Source: Alphaproteobacteria bacterium (GTDB lineage Bacteria > Pseudomonadota > Alphaproteobacteria > UBA9219). From it: DNA of 64,000 nt. How positions within the stretch are numbered: position 1 is the stretch's first letter; every line of letters starts with the position of its first letter. Of the stretch, positions 28,860-39,445 are shown piece by piece. Location: the NCBI GenBank assembly GCA_013286365.1, contig JABDFY010000003.1:15109-79108 (forward strand). The letters run 5' to 3'. The translations under genes and the position numbers were made by a program. Below the pieces are notes generated by a model. That model made no database searches, was not told the DNA's origin, and worked only from the letters and a program-made list of their open reading frames with translations.

Positions 28860-31388
28860 TTGGACAATTTCAGTCGTTCACCCGTCATAGTTGGTGCTCT
28901 ATGTGCCACTATATGGATTGGCATTTTTGGTTTAAATACCAAAGTCCTTGCCGACGATAGTGCGTATGTGACTTCTGGCAGCATAACTCCTGGCGGTACA
29001 ACTCTTGGTGGCACAACAACCGGGCAATGCGATATTACCAGCGGCGCGACGAATGCATGCACGCTCGATTTAAGTGGCTCGACTAACGGCGCGATAACAC
29101 AAGTCTATTCTTCAGCGGATCTATCAACAACAGTATGTACGCATGCAGTTGGCTGCTATAACGCCGTAAGAAGCGATCCGGGAAGTGCCATCGCCCCCAT
29201 CGATGTTTGGAATGCTTGCCGCTATGTCGATAACACTTCGAGTGGTTCGACAGGTGTCTCTAATTTTGTACCGTTCCATACGGCCTATGAGTGGAGTCAA
29301 TTTTATAACTCTTACAACCACCCAGGCTATCTTTCAGTCGTATATTGCTCGCGACCGTTTCCGCCTACGACCACTTGGGTTGTTCCATCACCATCCTCTG
29401 TCGGACTATCAACTTATTCCACGGCAGGGTGTGGTGACGCACCAACTGTAAACGCTCCGACAATTTATAGCCGCTGGTATAGTCCGACACATTTTGCGAC
29501 CTGGCCCATGCCAACTCCCGAAAGTGTTCAGTTTACGTCATGCCATAGCGGCTGGACGACAATCAATGCTCAAGTGTTGTGGAGTGGACAGCAGAGCGCC
29601 GATGGCGTCGCGCCGGCACCCAGTTGGTGGCCTGTTGTTACTTTTGGCCCAGACTTGACGTTTACAGCTTCTGCCTCAACGATGTCAGGGCCCGTTTCGG
29701 GGTCAGCAATTACTGTTTTGGCGGGCACGCTTGTTACTTTGAATTGGGACGCTTCATTATCGGATACAAGCACTTCACAGGATTCCGTATCACCTGTTGT
29801 GACGAGCACATTAAATGGTACGAGTGGCAATACCGTCACGGGATCATCATTTATTTCAAGCACAGTACCTACAGTCACAGGATTGGTAGCCGTGACGACT
29901 GGAACTGGTGGTTATTCTATAGAATCTACCGACAATACGGGCGCTTCGTCTGTAGCCCTGACACCTCTTGGTGTTACAACGACGCCTCATAGCAATGTGA
30001 GTTATACAATTACAGACTTAGGCGACAAAGATGTTACCTCTTTGGCGAAGGTCACAATTACTGTTGAACAGCCGATTACGGTGAGCTTGATCGCCACGCC
30101 GATTATATTGGCTCTTAATACGGCGAGTAGTTCAACGCTTACATGGACGGTTACCTTGCCGCCACCCGGTCTATCATGCTCGATTAACGGAACGAGCGTA
30201 TCTACTGCCGGCGGGACGCTCGTGGTTTCTCCCGTGGCCACAACAACTTATACTCTTGTCTGTGAGGACACCCTTCAAAAACAAACAGCTTCGGTAACGG
30301 TTATCTCCTGCCCAAGTGATGTTGATATTAGCGGTGTGTGCACGACGCCGACTTATACCCCTACCTACGGTGGTTCATGTCCATCGGCTTGCGGCCTAGG
30401 TACCAGCACAATCCCAGTGGCAACATGTACCCGCAACGATGGGGCCGTTGTTGCCGACAGTTATTGTTCAGGACTAAGCTGCGGAGCAACGGCTTCCTGC
30501 AACGTAAGCTGTACCAGCCAAATCCTCACGCAGCTATCAGTCACCGTTCCGGCGGGTGGGGCTTCGATTATGTATACAATGGTTGGAGGCGCCGGCGGCA
30601 GCTACTACGCCGGCGGCGGCGGCGGAAGTTCGGCTATTGTGGTTAACGGAACGGTTCAAGCTTCTGCGGCGGGTGGCAACGGCAGCTCTGGCTGCTGCCA
30701 GGGCAACAACGGCGCTTCTTCCAATGGTGGACCAATCGTTGTAGCCGCAGGCGACACACTACAAATCTATGCTGGTGGTGGTGGTGGTCGTGGTGGCGCT
30801 TGTGGTGGTGGCGGCGGCAGTGGCTACTACGGCGGTGGCGGCGGCAGTGGCTCTTATGACTATCCCATCGTCGGCGGCGGAGATGGCAATTACGGTGGTG
30901 CCGGCGGCACGGGTAGTGCTGGCGGCGCGGGTGGCGGCGCTGGCGACACTGGTTTCTTCGGCGCGAGTGGCTTCGTCGGCGTGACCAACGGAAGTGCCGG
31001 TGCTGGTGGCAATGGGGGCGCTGGCCTTTATTGGGATGGGCCGGGTACTACGACTGGGCACACTGAGTGCACTGCCGGTTATGGCGGTGTCGGTGCCATT
31101 GGTGGCATAGGCGGTAGTAATTGGGTCTCAGGAGTCTTTGAAGGTGAAACCCCAGGTGGTGGTGGCGGCGGCTATGGAAGTGGCGGTGGTGGTGAGGCAA
31201 GCGGTGCCATGGTAGGTGGGGGCTACGGCGGCAGCTATGGCGGTAACGGTGGCGACGGTAGCGGCTTGAGCACATGGGGCATTGATTACGGTGGTCTTGG
31301 CAATGGCGATGGGCTTGTTGGTGTTTTTGGCGGTGCTGACAGTGGCAGTGTATCCGTTAGCTATACAGCGCCTTCCTGTTTCTTTTGA
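28860..31388 (+). CDS. Secreted mosaic protein: signal peptide, Cys-containing N-domain, Thr/Ser/Val-rich Ig-like modules, TSP1-like Cys module, C-terminal glycine-rich (ALK/LTK GRD-like) domain
   Basis: 842 aa with a TTG start (no in-frame ATG for more than 270 codons). Signal-like VIVGALCATIWIGIFGLNTKVLA/DD. Ig-like STLTWTV...TTTYTLVCED. CPSACGLG...C...DGAVVADSYC. VTVPAGGASIMYTMVGGAGG...AGDTLQIYAGGGGG...GGGGGSGYYGGGGGSG. Confidence 0.7.
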   Translation: MDNFSRSPVIVGALCATIWIGIFGLNTKVLADDSAYVTSGSITPGGTTLGGTTTGQCDITSGATNACTLDLSGSTNGAITQVYSSADLSTTVCTHAVGCYNAVRSDPGSAIAPIDVWNACRYVDNTSSGSTGVSNFVPFHTAYEWSQFYNSYNHPGYLSVVYCSRPFPPTTTWVVPSPSSVGLSTYSTAGCGDAPTVNAPTIYSRWYSPTHFATWPMPTPESVQFTSCHSGWTTINAQVLWSGQQSADGVAPAPSWWPVVTFGPDLTFTASASTMSGPVSGSAITVLAGTLVTLNWDASLSDTSTSQDSVSPVVTSTLNGTSGNTVTGSSFISSTVPTVTGLVAVTTGTGGYSIESTDNTGASSVALTPLGVTTTPHSNVSYTITDLGDKDVTSLAKVTITVEQPITVSLIATPIILALNTASSSTLTWTVTLPPPGLSCSINGTSVSTAGGTLVVSPVATTTYTLVCEDTLQKQTASVTVISCPSDVDISGVCTTPTYTPTYGGSCPSACGLGTSTIPVATCTRNDGAVVADSYCSGLSCGATASCNVSCTSQILTQLSVTVPAGGASIMYTMVGGAGGSYYAGGGGGSSAIVVNGTVQASAAGGNGSSGCCQGNNGASSNGGPIVVAAGDTLQIYAGGGGGRGGACGGGGGSGYYGGGGGSGSYDYPIVGGGDGNYGGAGGTGSAGGAGGGAGDTGFFGASGFVGVTNGSAGAGGNGGAGLYWDGPGTTTGHTECTAGYGGVGAIGGIGGSNWVSGVFEGETPGGGGGGYGSGGGGEASGAMVGGGYGGSYGGNGGDGSGLSTWGIDYGGLGNGDGLVGVFGGADSGSVSVSYTAPSCFF

Positions 31389-31480
31389 TCAATCATTGGA
31401 TTATGTGTGTATTGTTTTGCCGCATAAATAAACGTTGATGAAATTTATGTATCAGAAGTCGCTCATTTGAGTGGGGTTGC

Positions 31481-32104
31481 TTAACGAAGATGCGTTATTT
31501 TCACAGGCACTGGCGGAATATGCCCCATCCGTTTTTGTTTTGTATCGACATAGTTTTCATTGTGCGGGTTCGTCGCCGTCCATAAAGGCATGTGCTCATT
31601 AACGGTAATTCCTGAATTTTCAAATGCAGCGATTTTACTTCGATTGTTGGTCAGTAAATTGATTTGATCGATATGATAATGTTTGAGAATGGCAAAGGCG
31701 TTCTGATAATCGCGTTGATCAGGTGCAAAGCCCAATTTAAGATTAGCCTCGACCGTATCGAGGCCACTTTCTTGCAGGGCATAGGCTTTAATTTTATTGG
31801 CAAGGCCTATGCCGCGGCCCTCGTGTCCGCGCAAATAGATGAATATGCCCTCCCCACTATCATTGATGCGGCGTAAAGATAGCTCCAGTTGATCGCGGCA
31901 ATCGCATCGCAACGAGCCTAAAATATCACCTGTTGCACACTCGGAGTGTAGCCGCACAAGGCAGCCATTTTTGGGGCTACCGGCAAGAAGTACCATATGC
32001 TCCTGGCCCTGATTATCGGCAAAGATATCCAGTCGGAAATCACCAAATCGGGTAGGCAATTGAGATGAAGCTTTGAGCTCTATAGTCATGTCGCGATTTT
32101 TCAT
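31481..32104 (-). CDS. ribA: GTP cyclohydrolase II
   Basis: HSECATGDILGSLRCDCRDQL zinc site and YLRGHEGRGIGLANKIKAY. Start placed at ATG 32104-32102, which forms an ATGA overlap with the ribD stop (32103-32101). Confidence 0.9.
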   Translation of the reverse strand: MKNRDMTIELKASSQLPTRFGDFRLDIFADNQGQEHMVLLAGSPKNGCLVRLHSECATGDILGSLRCDCRDQLELSLRRINDSGEGIFIYLRGHEGRGIGLANKIKAYALQESGLDTVEANLKLGFAPDQRDYQNAFAILKHYHIDQINLLTNNRSKIAAFENSGITVNEHMPLWTATNPHNENYVDTKQKRMGHIPPVPVKITHLR

Positions 32105-33105
32105 GCAGGCAGAAAGTAATCCCAACGGAATTCTCCAACGTCAAACGGCACTGGTTCAGATGGGTTAAACCGGACATCTATTATGTCTGGATCGCCTTGT
32201 TGAAGTGTAACAAACATCGTCCACACGCCTAAGTCAAGGACTGCTTGGGATAAAGCAGGCCCTGCTTCAATCAACACATCGCGTACATCTTTATCTATCA
32301 AATCCTTAATGGCTTCTTCTGGACTTCTATAAATAATGGCGTCCAACTTGCGTTCGCGTGCGGCCTCAATATAGTTTTGGGGTACACGGTTGCGGCGATC
32401 GATAATAGCCAACCAACGCCTCTTCTCAGGATAATCTGGCACATGGCGTACGGTAAAAAGTGGATTATCAGCCAGTATTGTTCCGCTGCCGGTGAGAATG
32501 GCATCGCATTTTTTGCGTAATTGGTGTGCCAATGTGAGCGCAGATGGCGAGGTAAAAGTTTTTTGACCTACCTCTGGTATCATCGAGCCATTTTTATTGA
32601 GCGCCCGTTTGATGGTTATCCAGGGTTTGTGAGAAATTGCACTGTATGAGAAGGCATGAATAAGTTGGAGGCATTCTTCTTCATCTATACCACACGTTAT
32701 CTGAATACCGCTTTGCGCTAAATGCTCAAGTCCACCGCCTTTTACGTTTGGATTGGGATCACGCGTTCCTATCACAACATTTTTTACGCCACTTTCGATA
32801 ATGGTATTTGTACAGGGTGGTGTGCGGCCAAAGTGATTGCATGGCTCAAGCGTTACGCAGAGGGTGTGCAACCTGTTAAGTTGGTTTTGCGCTTTGAGTG
32901 ATGCAATCAGGGTTGCTTCAGCATGCATCGTTCCGGCACGTTGATGGGCCTTGACTGAAATGATTTCTCCATCTTCATCAAGACCGACGGCGCCGACGGC
33001 AGGATTAGGAGAAGTGGCGCCCAACCAATGACGCGCTTCGCTACAGGCAAGCCGCATCGTCTTGGCCAACAAGTCACGGTTTAGGGGGGGGGATTGTTGT
33101 TTCAT
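32101..33105 (-). CDS. ribD: Bifunctional riboflavin biosynthesis protein RibD (pyrimidine deaminase / uracil reductase)
   Basis: Deaminase motifs SPNPAVGAV, HAEATLI and TLEPCNHFGRTPPC, followed by a C-terminal reductase domain. Start at ATG 33105 (MKQQSPPLN...). The longer track ORF (to 33222) would overlap eno. Confidence 0.9.
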   Translation of the reverse strand: MKQQSPPLNRDLLAKTMRLACSEARHWLGATSPNPAVGAVGLDEDGEIISVKAHQRAGTMHAEATLIASLKAQNQLNRLHTLCVTLEPCNHFGRTPPCTNTIIESGVKNVVIGTRDPNPNVKGGGLEHLAQSGIQITCGIDEEECLQLIHAFSYSAISHKPWITIKRALNKNGSMIPEVGQKTFTSPSALTLAHQLRKKCDAILTGSGTILADNPLFTVRHVPDYPEKRRWLAIIDRRNRVPQNYIEAARERKLDAIIYRSPEEAIKDLIDKDVRDVLIEAGPALSQAVLDLGVWTMFVTLQQGDPDIIDVRFNPSEPVPFDVGEFRWDYFLPA

Positions 33106-33192
33106 AGGCTTATTCCGTATCGTGAATTTCTTTCTTTGCCAAATTTTATTGTGATAGGTTAAATATATAGCGTATTTCACTGATTTATCTGA

Positions 33193-34476
<1,284 letters not shown>

Positions 34477-34507
34477 GTATCCGCGACATTTATGATATAA
34501 GCTCTCT

Positions 34508-34849
34508 ATGGCAAGCGTCATCAACAGATCCACTAGTCAAACAATAGCCTCAGTTCTAGGCGCCTGTGTCGTTGGCTATTTTCTTTACCATACTGTCGAG
34601 GGCGATAGAGGCTGGCTGGCAATGTTGCGCATGCAGAATGAAGTCGAAACCGCCCAAACGACGCTTTCGCAGTTGCAAAAAGAGCATCAAGAACTTGCCC
34701 ATCGCGTGCAACTCATGAGGCCCGACAGCTTAGACCCTGATCTATTAGAAGAAAAGTCACGTCAATTATTGGATTATTCCAAACCAAACGAAATAGTCGT
34801 CCTTACCCCTCCTGAAAGTAACCAAGATATATCGCAGCGCAGCAAATAA
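34508..34849 (+). CDS. ftsB: Septum formation initiator FtsB/DivIC family
   Basis: 113 aa with a single N-terminal TM helix followed by a coiled coil (LRMQNEVETAQTTLSQLQKEHQELAHRV). Conserved position between eno and pdhA. Confidence 0.8.
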   Translation: MASVINRSTSQTIASVLGACVVGYFLYHTVEGDRGWLAMLRMQNEVETAQTTLSQLQKEHQELAHRVQLMRPDSLDPDLLEEKSRQLLDYSKPNEIVVLTPPESNQDISQRSK

Positions 34850-35072
34850 ACGACGAGATATTAGTTCCTGTTAAACATATGGAAAGAAATAAATCGTTAG
34901 CTGAAGCGCTGTATGATACCGCATTGCTAGAGCGCTATAAAACGTGTGCTTGAAAAATAGCACTAACCGTTCTACTTGATGCGGCAGGATAGCTGCACAT
35001 AATTAACCCGTATACCGAAGGTCAGGATACATTGATCAAGGCGCCGCCAATTTGCGGCAAAGGGAAGGGGAC

Positions 35073-36086
35073 ATGCTCATTTCGAAGCCGCAGCTACAAA
35101 CTGCAGCGGCTAATCAACAGTCGCAGCAATTGACCATTGATATCTTGCGCTACTTTCGCGACATGTTGCTTATTCGCCGCTTCGAGGAGAGGGCCGGCCA
35201 ACTCTATGGCATGGGTTTGATTGGCGGCTTTTGTCATCTTTACATCGGTCAAGAAGCCGTCGTTGTTGGCATTCAGGCTGCACAAAAAGCTGTTGATACA
35301 GTTGTAACTTCCTATCGTGACCATGGACACATGCTGGCATCAGGAATGGCGCCACGTGGTGTCATGGCAGAACTTACAGGTCGTAGTACCGGCTATTCGC
35401 ACGGCAAAGGCGGCTCGATGCATATGTTTAGCCGTGAAAAGAATTTCTTTGGAGGTCACGGTATTGTGGCTGCCCAGGTTCCGATTGGCACAGGTCTTGC
35501 CTTTGCTCACAAATATAAAAATGATGGCGGCGTTTGTATCACGTATCTTGGAGATGGTGCGGCTAATCAAGGGCAGGTCTATGAAAGTTTTAATATGGCG
35601 GCGCTGTGGAAACTCCCTGTAGTTTATATAATCGAAAACAATAAATACGGCATGGGTACATCTCAAGAGCGCGCTGCGGCCGGCGAACTTTACCGTCGTG
35701 GCGAAGGCTATGGTATTATCGGCAAAAAAGTCGATGGTATGGACGTCGTAAAGGTCCAGGCGGCCGCTGCCGAAGCGCTTGAATTTGCGCGCGCGGGTAA
35801 AGGTCCTGTTCTGTTAGAGATGGTGACCTACCGTTACCGTGGTCACTCGATGTCTGACCCAGCAAAATATCGGACAAAGGAAGAAGTCGAAGAATGGCGC
35901 GGCCATCATGATCCAATTGATGCTTTGCGTGCCGTAATTTTGAAAGAAGGATATACGACTGAAGAAAATCTCAAAGGCATCGAGCGTGAAATAAAGGAGA
36001 TAATCGCCGAGGCCGTTGAATTTGCTCAAAGTAGTCCGGAACCGGATCCGTCCGAGCTGTGGACAGACGTCCTTGTACAATCTTGA
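35073..36086 (+). CDS. pdhA: Pyruvate dehydrogenase E1 component alpha subunit
   Basis: TPP-binding YLGDGAANQGQVYESFNMAALWKLPVVYIIENNKYGMGT and YRYRGHSMSDP. Start at ATG 35073 after GGGAAGGGG. Confidence 0.95.
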   Translation: MLISKPQLQTAAANQQSQQLTIDILRYFRDMLLIRRFEERAGQLYGMGLIGGFCHLYIGQEAVVVGIQAAQKAVDTVVTSYRDHGHMLASGMAPRGVMAELTGRSTGYSHGKGGSMHMFSREKNFFGGHGIVAAQVPIGTGLAFAHKYKNDGGVCITYLGDGAANQGQVYESFNMAALWKLPVVYIIENNKYGMGTSQERAAAGELYRRGEGYGIIGKKVDGMDVVKVQAAAAEALEFARAGKGPVLLEMVTYRYRGHSMSDPAKYRTKEEVEEWRGHHDPIDALRAVILKEGYTTEENLKGIEREIKEIIAEAVEFAQSSPEPDPSELWTDVLVQS

Positions 36087-36104
36087 CCACCTGGTAATAC
36101 CCGC

Positions 36105-37481
36105 ATGACGATAGAGATATTAATGCCTGCGCTGTCGCCTACGATGACGGAAGGTAAGATTGCGCGCTGGCTAAAAAAAGAAGGCGATGCCGTTAAGCCG
36201 GGTCAGATAATGGCCGAGATTGAAACTGACAAAGCCACGATGGAAATTGAGGCTATCGACGAAGGCCGTCTTGGTAAGATCCTTATTCCTGCCGGAACGG
36301 AAGGCGTTAAAGTCAATCAGCCTATTGCCGTGTTATTGGAAGACGGCGAGAACTTGGATGCAGTCGATAAAACTGTCTCGGCTCCCAAAACACAAAATGA
36401 AACACCAAAAATTGAAACACGGCCACTGCTGACGGTCGTGCCATCTAAACCTATTCCGGCATCGCCCACAACCACGCCTGACGAAAAACATTTTGACAAA
36501 TTTATTAAACAAACTGTGCGTGAGGCCTTGCGAGATGGTATGGCTGAAGAAATGCGCCGCGATCCGAATGTTTTTCTGATGGGCGAGGAAGTAGCCCAGT
36601 ATCAGGGTGCCTATAAAGTTAGCCAGGGTCTGTTGCAGGAATTTGGGGAAAAACGTGTCATTGATACACCTATCACCGAAATGGGTTTTGCTGGGTTAGG
36701 TATCGGCGCTGCCTTCGGTGGTTTATGTCCCATTATCGAATTTATGACGATGAATTTTGCCATGCAGGCGATGGATCAAATCATTAACTCGGCTGCCAAG
36801 ACCCTTTACATGTCTGGGGGACAGATGGGGTGCCCCATTGTATTTCGTGGCCCCAACGGTGCAGCGTCACGCGTAGCCGCGCAGCACTCGCAATGTTATG
36901 CCAGTTGGTATTCTCATATACCTGGTTTGAAGGTCGTTGCCCCCTACGATGCGGATGATGCAAAAGGTCTATTGAAGTCATCGGTGCGTGACAAAAATCC
37001 GATTATCTTTCTCGAACATGAATTAATGTACGGCCAGAGTTTCAATGTACCCGATGACCCGGATTATACGATACCGATCGGTAAGGCAAAAATTATGCGT
37101 CACGGCAGTGATCTCACAATCGTGGCTTTTTCCCGTATGGTGGGCTACGCTTTATCTGCAGCCGATGAGCTCGCTAAAGAAGGACTAGAGGCGGAAGTCA
37201 TTAATTTGCGTTCACTACGTCCTTTGGATACAGAAACAATCATCGAAAGCGTCAAGAAGACCAATCGCCTCGTTACGGCGGAAGAGGGCTGGGCTTTCGC
37301 CGGTATTGGAGCTGAAATTGCGGCACTCATGATGGAGCAGGCCTTTGACTATCTCGATGCGCCTATGGCCAGGGTTCATGCGGCAGATGTGCCATTGCCT
37401 TATGCGGCCAATCTTGAGAAGCTTGCCCTTCCGCAGCCGGAGAATATCCTTTCGGCTGCCAGGAATGTTTGCTATCGCTAG
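36105..37481 (+). CDS. pdhB: Pyruvate dehydrogenase E1 beta subunit with N-terminal lipoyl domain
   Basis: N-terminal lipoyl-attachment motif [16 protein letters not shown], an Ala/Pro-poor linker, then the transketolase-like beta subunit ([19 protein letters not shown]). This fusion is typical of Alphaproteobacteria. Confidence 0.95.
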   Translation: MTIEILMPALSPTMTEGKIARWLKKEGDAVKPGQIMAEIETDKATMEIEAIDEGRLGKILIPAGTEGVKVNQPIAVLLEDGENLDAVDKTVSAPKTQNETPKIETRPLLTVVPSKPIPASPTTTPDEKHFDKFIKQTVREALRDGMAEEMRRDPNVFLMGEEVAQYQGAYKVSQGLLQEFGEKRVIDTPITEMGFAGLGIGAAFGGLCPIIEFMTMNFAMQAMDQIINSAAKTLYMSGGQMGCPIVFRGPNGAASRVAAQHSQCYASWYSHIPGLKVVAPYDADDAKGLLKSSVRDKNPIIFLEHELMYGQSFNVPDDPDYTIPIGKAKIMRHGSDLTIVAFSRMVGYALSAADELAKEGLEAEVINLRSLRPLDTETIIESVKKTNRLVTAEEGWAFAGIGAEIAALMMEQAFDYLDAPMARVHAADVPLPYAANLEKLALPQPENILSAARNVCYR

Positions 37482-37507
37482 ATCGCCTGAGTTCTTGGGG
37501 ATTGCTT

Positions 37508-37822
37508 ATGACCAATGATGCAAATAAAAAGCTCTATATTGTCCATGTCGGCTTTTATGACAAGGAAACTAATTATGGTATATATGAATCTCACACCAAT
37601 ATATTTGTCGCGGCGACATCGCCTCAAGAAGCCAGACAAATCGCCAAAACAATACCAATTTATAAAGCTAAAGGAATGCACACTGATGGTATTCAGGAGA
37701 TAAACGCTGTGCAGGGATTCCATGTCAGGCTGGAAAAAGATGCTGCTTTGAATGGTGGGGATGTTGTGAATAACTCTGACTACGAAGCGCTCAACCCCGG
37801 AGTTCCAATCGACAGCTTATAA
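37508..37822 (+). CDS. Small DUF1543-like protein inserted in the pdh operon
   Basis: 104 aa from ATG 37508. [41 protein letters not shown]...[20 protein letters not shown] resembles the DUF1543 pattern as I recall it (lY.v..Gg....E.HD..Fvva.s.eea ... hiD...ei..vdGy.i.L). Confidence 0.5.
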   Translation: MTNDANKKLYIVHVGFYDKETNYGIYESHTNIFVAATSPQEARQIAKTIPIYKAKGMHTDGIQEINAVQGFHVRLEKDAALNGGDVVNNSDYEALNPGVPIDSL

Positions 37823-37841
37823 GGCTGGAAAAGAGGACTTC

Positions 37842-39155
37842 ATGCCTATTCAAATTCTTATGCCTGCGTTGTCACCGACCATGACCGAGGGAAATGTTGC
37901 CCGTTGGCTTAAGAAAGAAGGAGATACGATCAAGGCAGGTCAGGTTATCGCTGAAATCGAAACGGATAAAGCGACGATGGAAGTCGAAGCCGTTGATGAA
38001 GGTAAACTGCTTAAGATCCTTTTCCCTGCGGGTACTCAAGGCATTAAAGTAAACACACCAATTGCTTTGTTGAGCGAAGAGGGTGAAGAAAATAGCACCG
38101 CCTCAGATACATCAAAACCACCCCCAAAAACAAATAGCCCAACTCCAGCTGAAACAAAGGCGCCTCAACCTACAAAAATAGAAGCGCAAACCAGTCCACA
38201 AATACCTTCCTCAACAAGTGCCAAACCGTTGCCTGGCGATGGGGGGCGTGGTGCTCAGCGCGTTGTGGCGAGCCCGCTTGCCAAACGTTTGGCTGGGCAG
38301 TCTGGGATTGAACTCAGCGGTTTGCAAGGTAGTGGTCCGGGCGGTCGTGTTATCAAAGCCGATGTTGATGCTGCTATAGCTTCGGGCTCATCTCGAGGAG
38401 GTCAACGTGCCTCTCCATCCACGCCTTCATTCCCGCAAGGTATCGATGCTCGCGATTATGCTGAAAAACTGGGCATGGCGTTCCATACGGTTCCCAATAG
38501 CACAGTTCGAAAAGTTATTGCTAAACGGCTGCAAGAATCTAAACAACTCATGCCGCATTTCTATCTTACCATCGATTGTGAAATCGATGCTTTGCTGGCT
38601 TTGCGTAAAAGTGTCAATGAAAGCGCGCCAGTTAAAGTTTCCGTTAATGACTGCATTATTCGCGCCGTTGCCCTAGCGATGAAAAAAGTTCCGGCTGCTA
38701 ATGTCTCTTGGACAGAAGAAGCCATTTTGCAATATGAGGATATTGATATCTCCGTTGCGGTAGCGACACCTAATGGCCTGGTGACGCCAATTATCAAAAA
38801 AGCTGATACGAAAACGCTCATTCAGCTATCGACAGAAATGAAAGATCTCGGCATGCGCGCCCGTGAAGGTAAGCTGCGGCCGGTAGAATTTCAGGGCGGA
38901 GGTTTTACTATATCCAACCTTGGAATGTTTGGCATCCGTGAGTTTGCAGCCATTATCAATCCACCGCAGGCTTGCATTTTGGCCGTAGGTGCTGGCGAAG
39001 AGCGTGCGGTTGTCAAAAAAGGACTAATAGCTATTGCTACTGTTATGAGTTGTACGCTTTCGGTTGATCATCGCGCAGTTGATGGGGCAGTTGGTGCCGA
39101 ATTTTTGGCAGCCTTTAAGCCCTTGATTGAAAATCCCTATAGCCTGGTCGTCTAA
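37842..39155 (+). CDS. pdhC: Pyruvate dehydrogenase E2, dihydrolipoamide acetyltransferase
   Basis: Lipoyl motif [16 protein letters not shown]3-binding domain ([33 protein letters not shown]) and catalytic DHRAVDGA. Confidence 0.95.
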   Translation: MPIQILMPALSPTMTEGNVARWLKKEGDTIKAGQVIAEIETDKATMEVEAVDEGKLLKILFPAGTQGIKVNTPIALLSEEGEENSTASDTSKPPPKTNSPTPAETKAPQPTKIEAQTSPQIPSSTSAKPLPGDGGRGAQRVVASPLAKRLAGQSGIELSGLQGSGPGGRVIKADVDAAIASGSSRGGQRASPSTPSFPQGIDARDYAEKLGMAFHTVPNSTVRKVIAKRLQESKQLMPHFYLTIDCEIDALLALRKSVNESAPVKVSVNDCIIRAVALAMKKVPAANVSWTEEAILQYEDIDISVAVATPNGLVTPIIKKADTKTLIQLSTEMKDLGMRAREGKLRPVEFQGGGFTISNLGMFGIREFAAIINPPQACILAVGAGEERAVVKKGLIAIATVMSCTLSVDHRAVDGAVGAEFLAAFKPLIENPYSLVV

Positions 39156-39445
39156 TGCGCGAGCTTGAAGACCGGATCAGGGCCATAGAAGAGCGAAATG
39201 ATCGTGTCGGATCGGACAAAGCTTGGGAAGTGAGTTGGCTAAGACGCGGGCTGATCGCCGGTATGACTTATGTGTGTGGTGTCATATTATTGATCATACT
39301 CGGTCATGAGGGCGCTCTTAAACATGCGCTCGTACCTGTTATGGGCTATCTATTATCGACTTTCTCCTTGCCGACGATTAAAAAGCTTTGGCTAGAGAAA
39401 TATTTTTCTCAGAAAAAGAGCGTGAAGAATGTCACAATCCACTGA
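39155..39445 (+). CDS. Small hypothetical membrane protein between pdhC and lpd
   Basis: 96 aa. Charged N-terminus, then two hydrophobic helices (LIAGMTYVCGVILLIILG, LVPVMGYLLSTFSL). Its ATG overlaps the pdhC stop by 1 nt and its 3' end overlaps lpd by 17 nt. Confidence 0.4.
   Translation: MRELEDRIRAIEERNDRVGSDKAWEVSWLRRGLIAGMTYVCGVILLIILGHEGALKHALVPVMGYLLSTFSLPTIKKLWLEKYFSQKKSVKNVTIH

Noticed and set aside
30759-31275. Antisense ORFs (100 aa and 75 aa) rich in Ala/Thr/Pro/His opposite the glycine-rich domain
   Set aside because: They are a by-product of long runs of GGN glycine codons, whose complement NCC lacks stop codons. They have no independent start or RBS signal.
34879-34953. 24-codon mini-ORF (MERNKSLAEALYDTALLERYKTCA) upstream of pdhA
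   Set aside because: No convincing RBS and no recognisable leader-peptide logic. It is likely a chance ORF in the pdhA promoter region.
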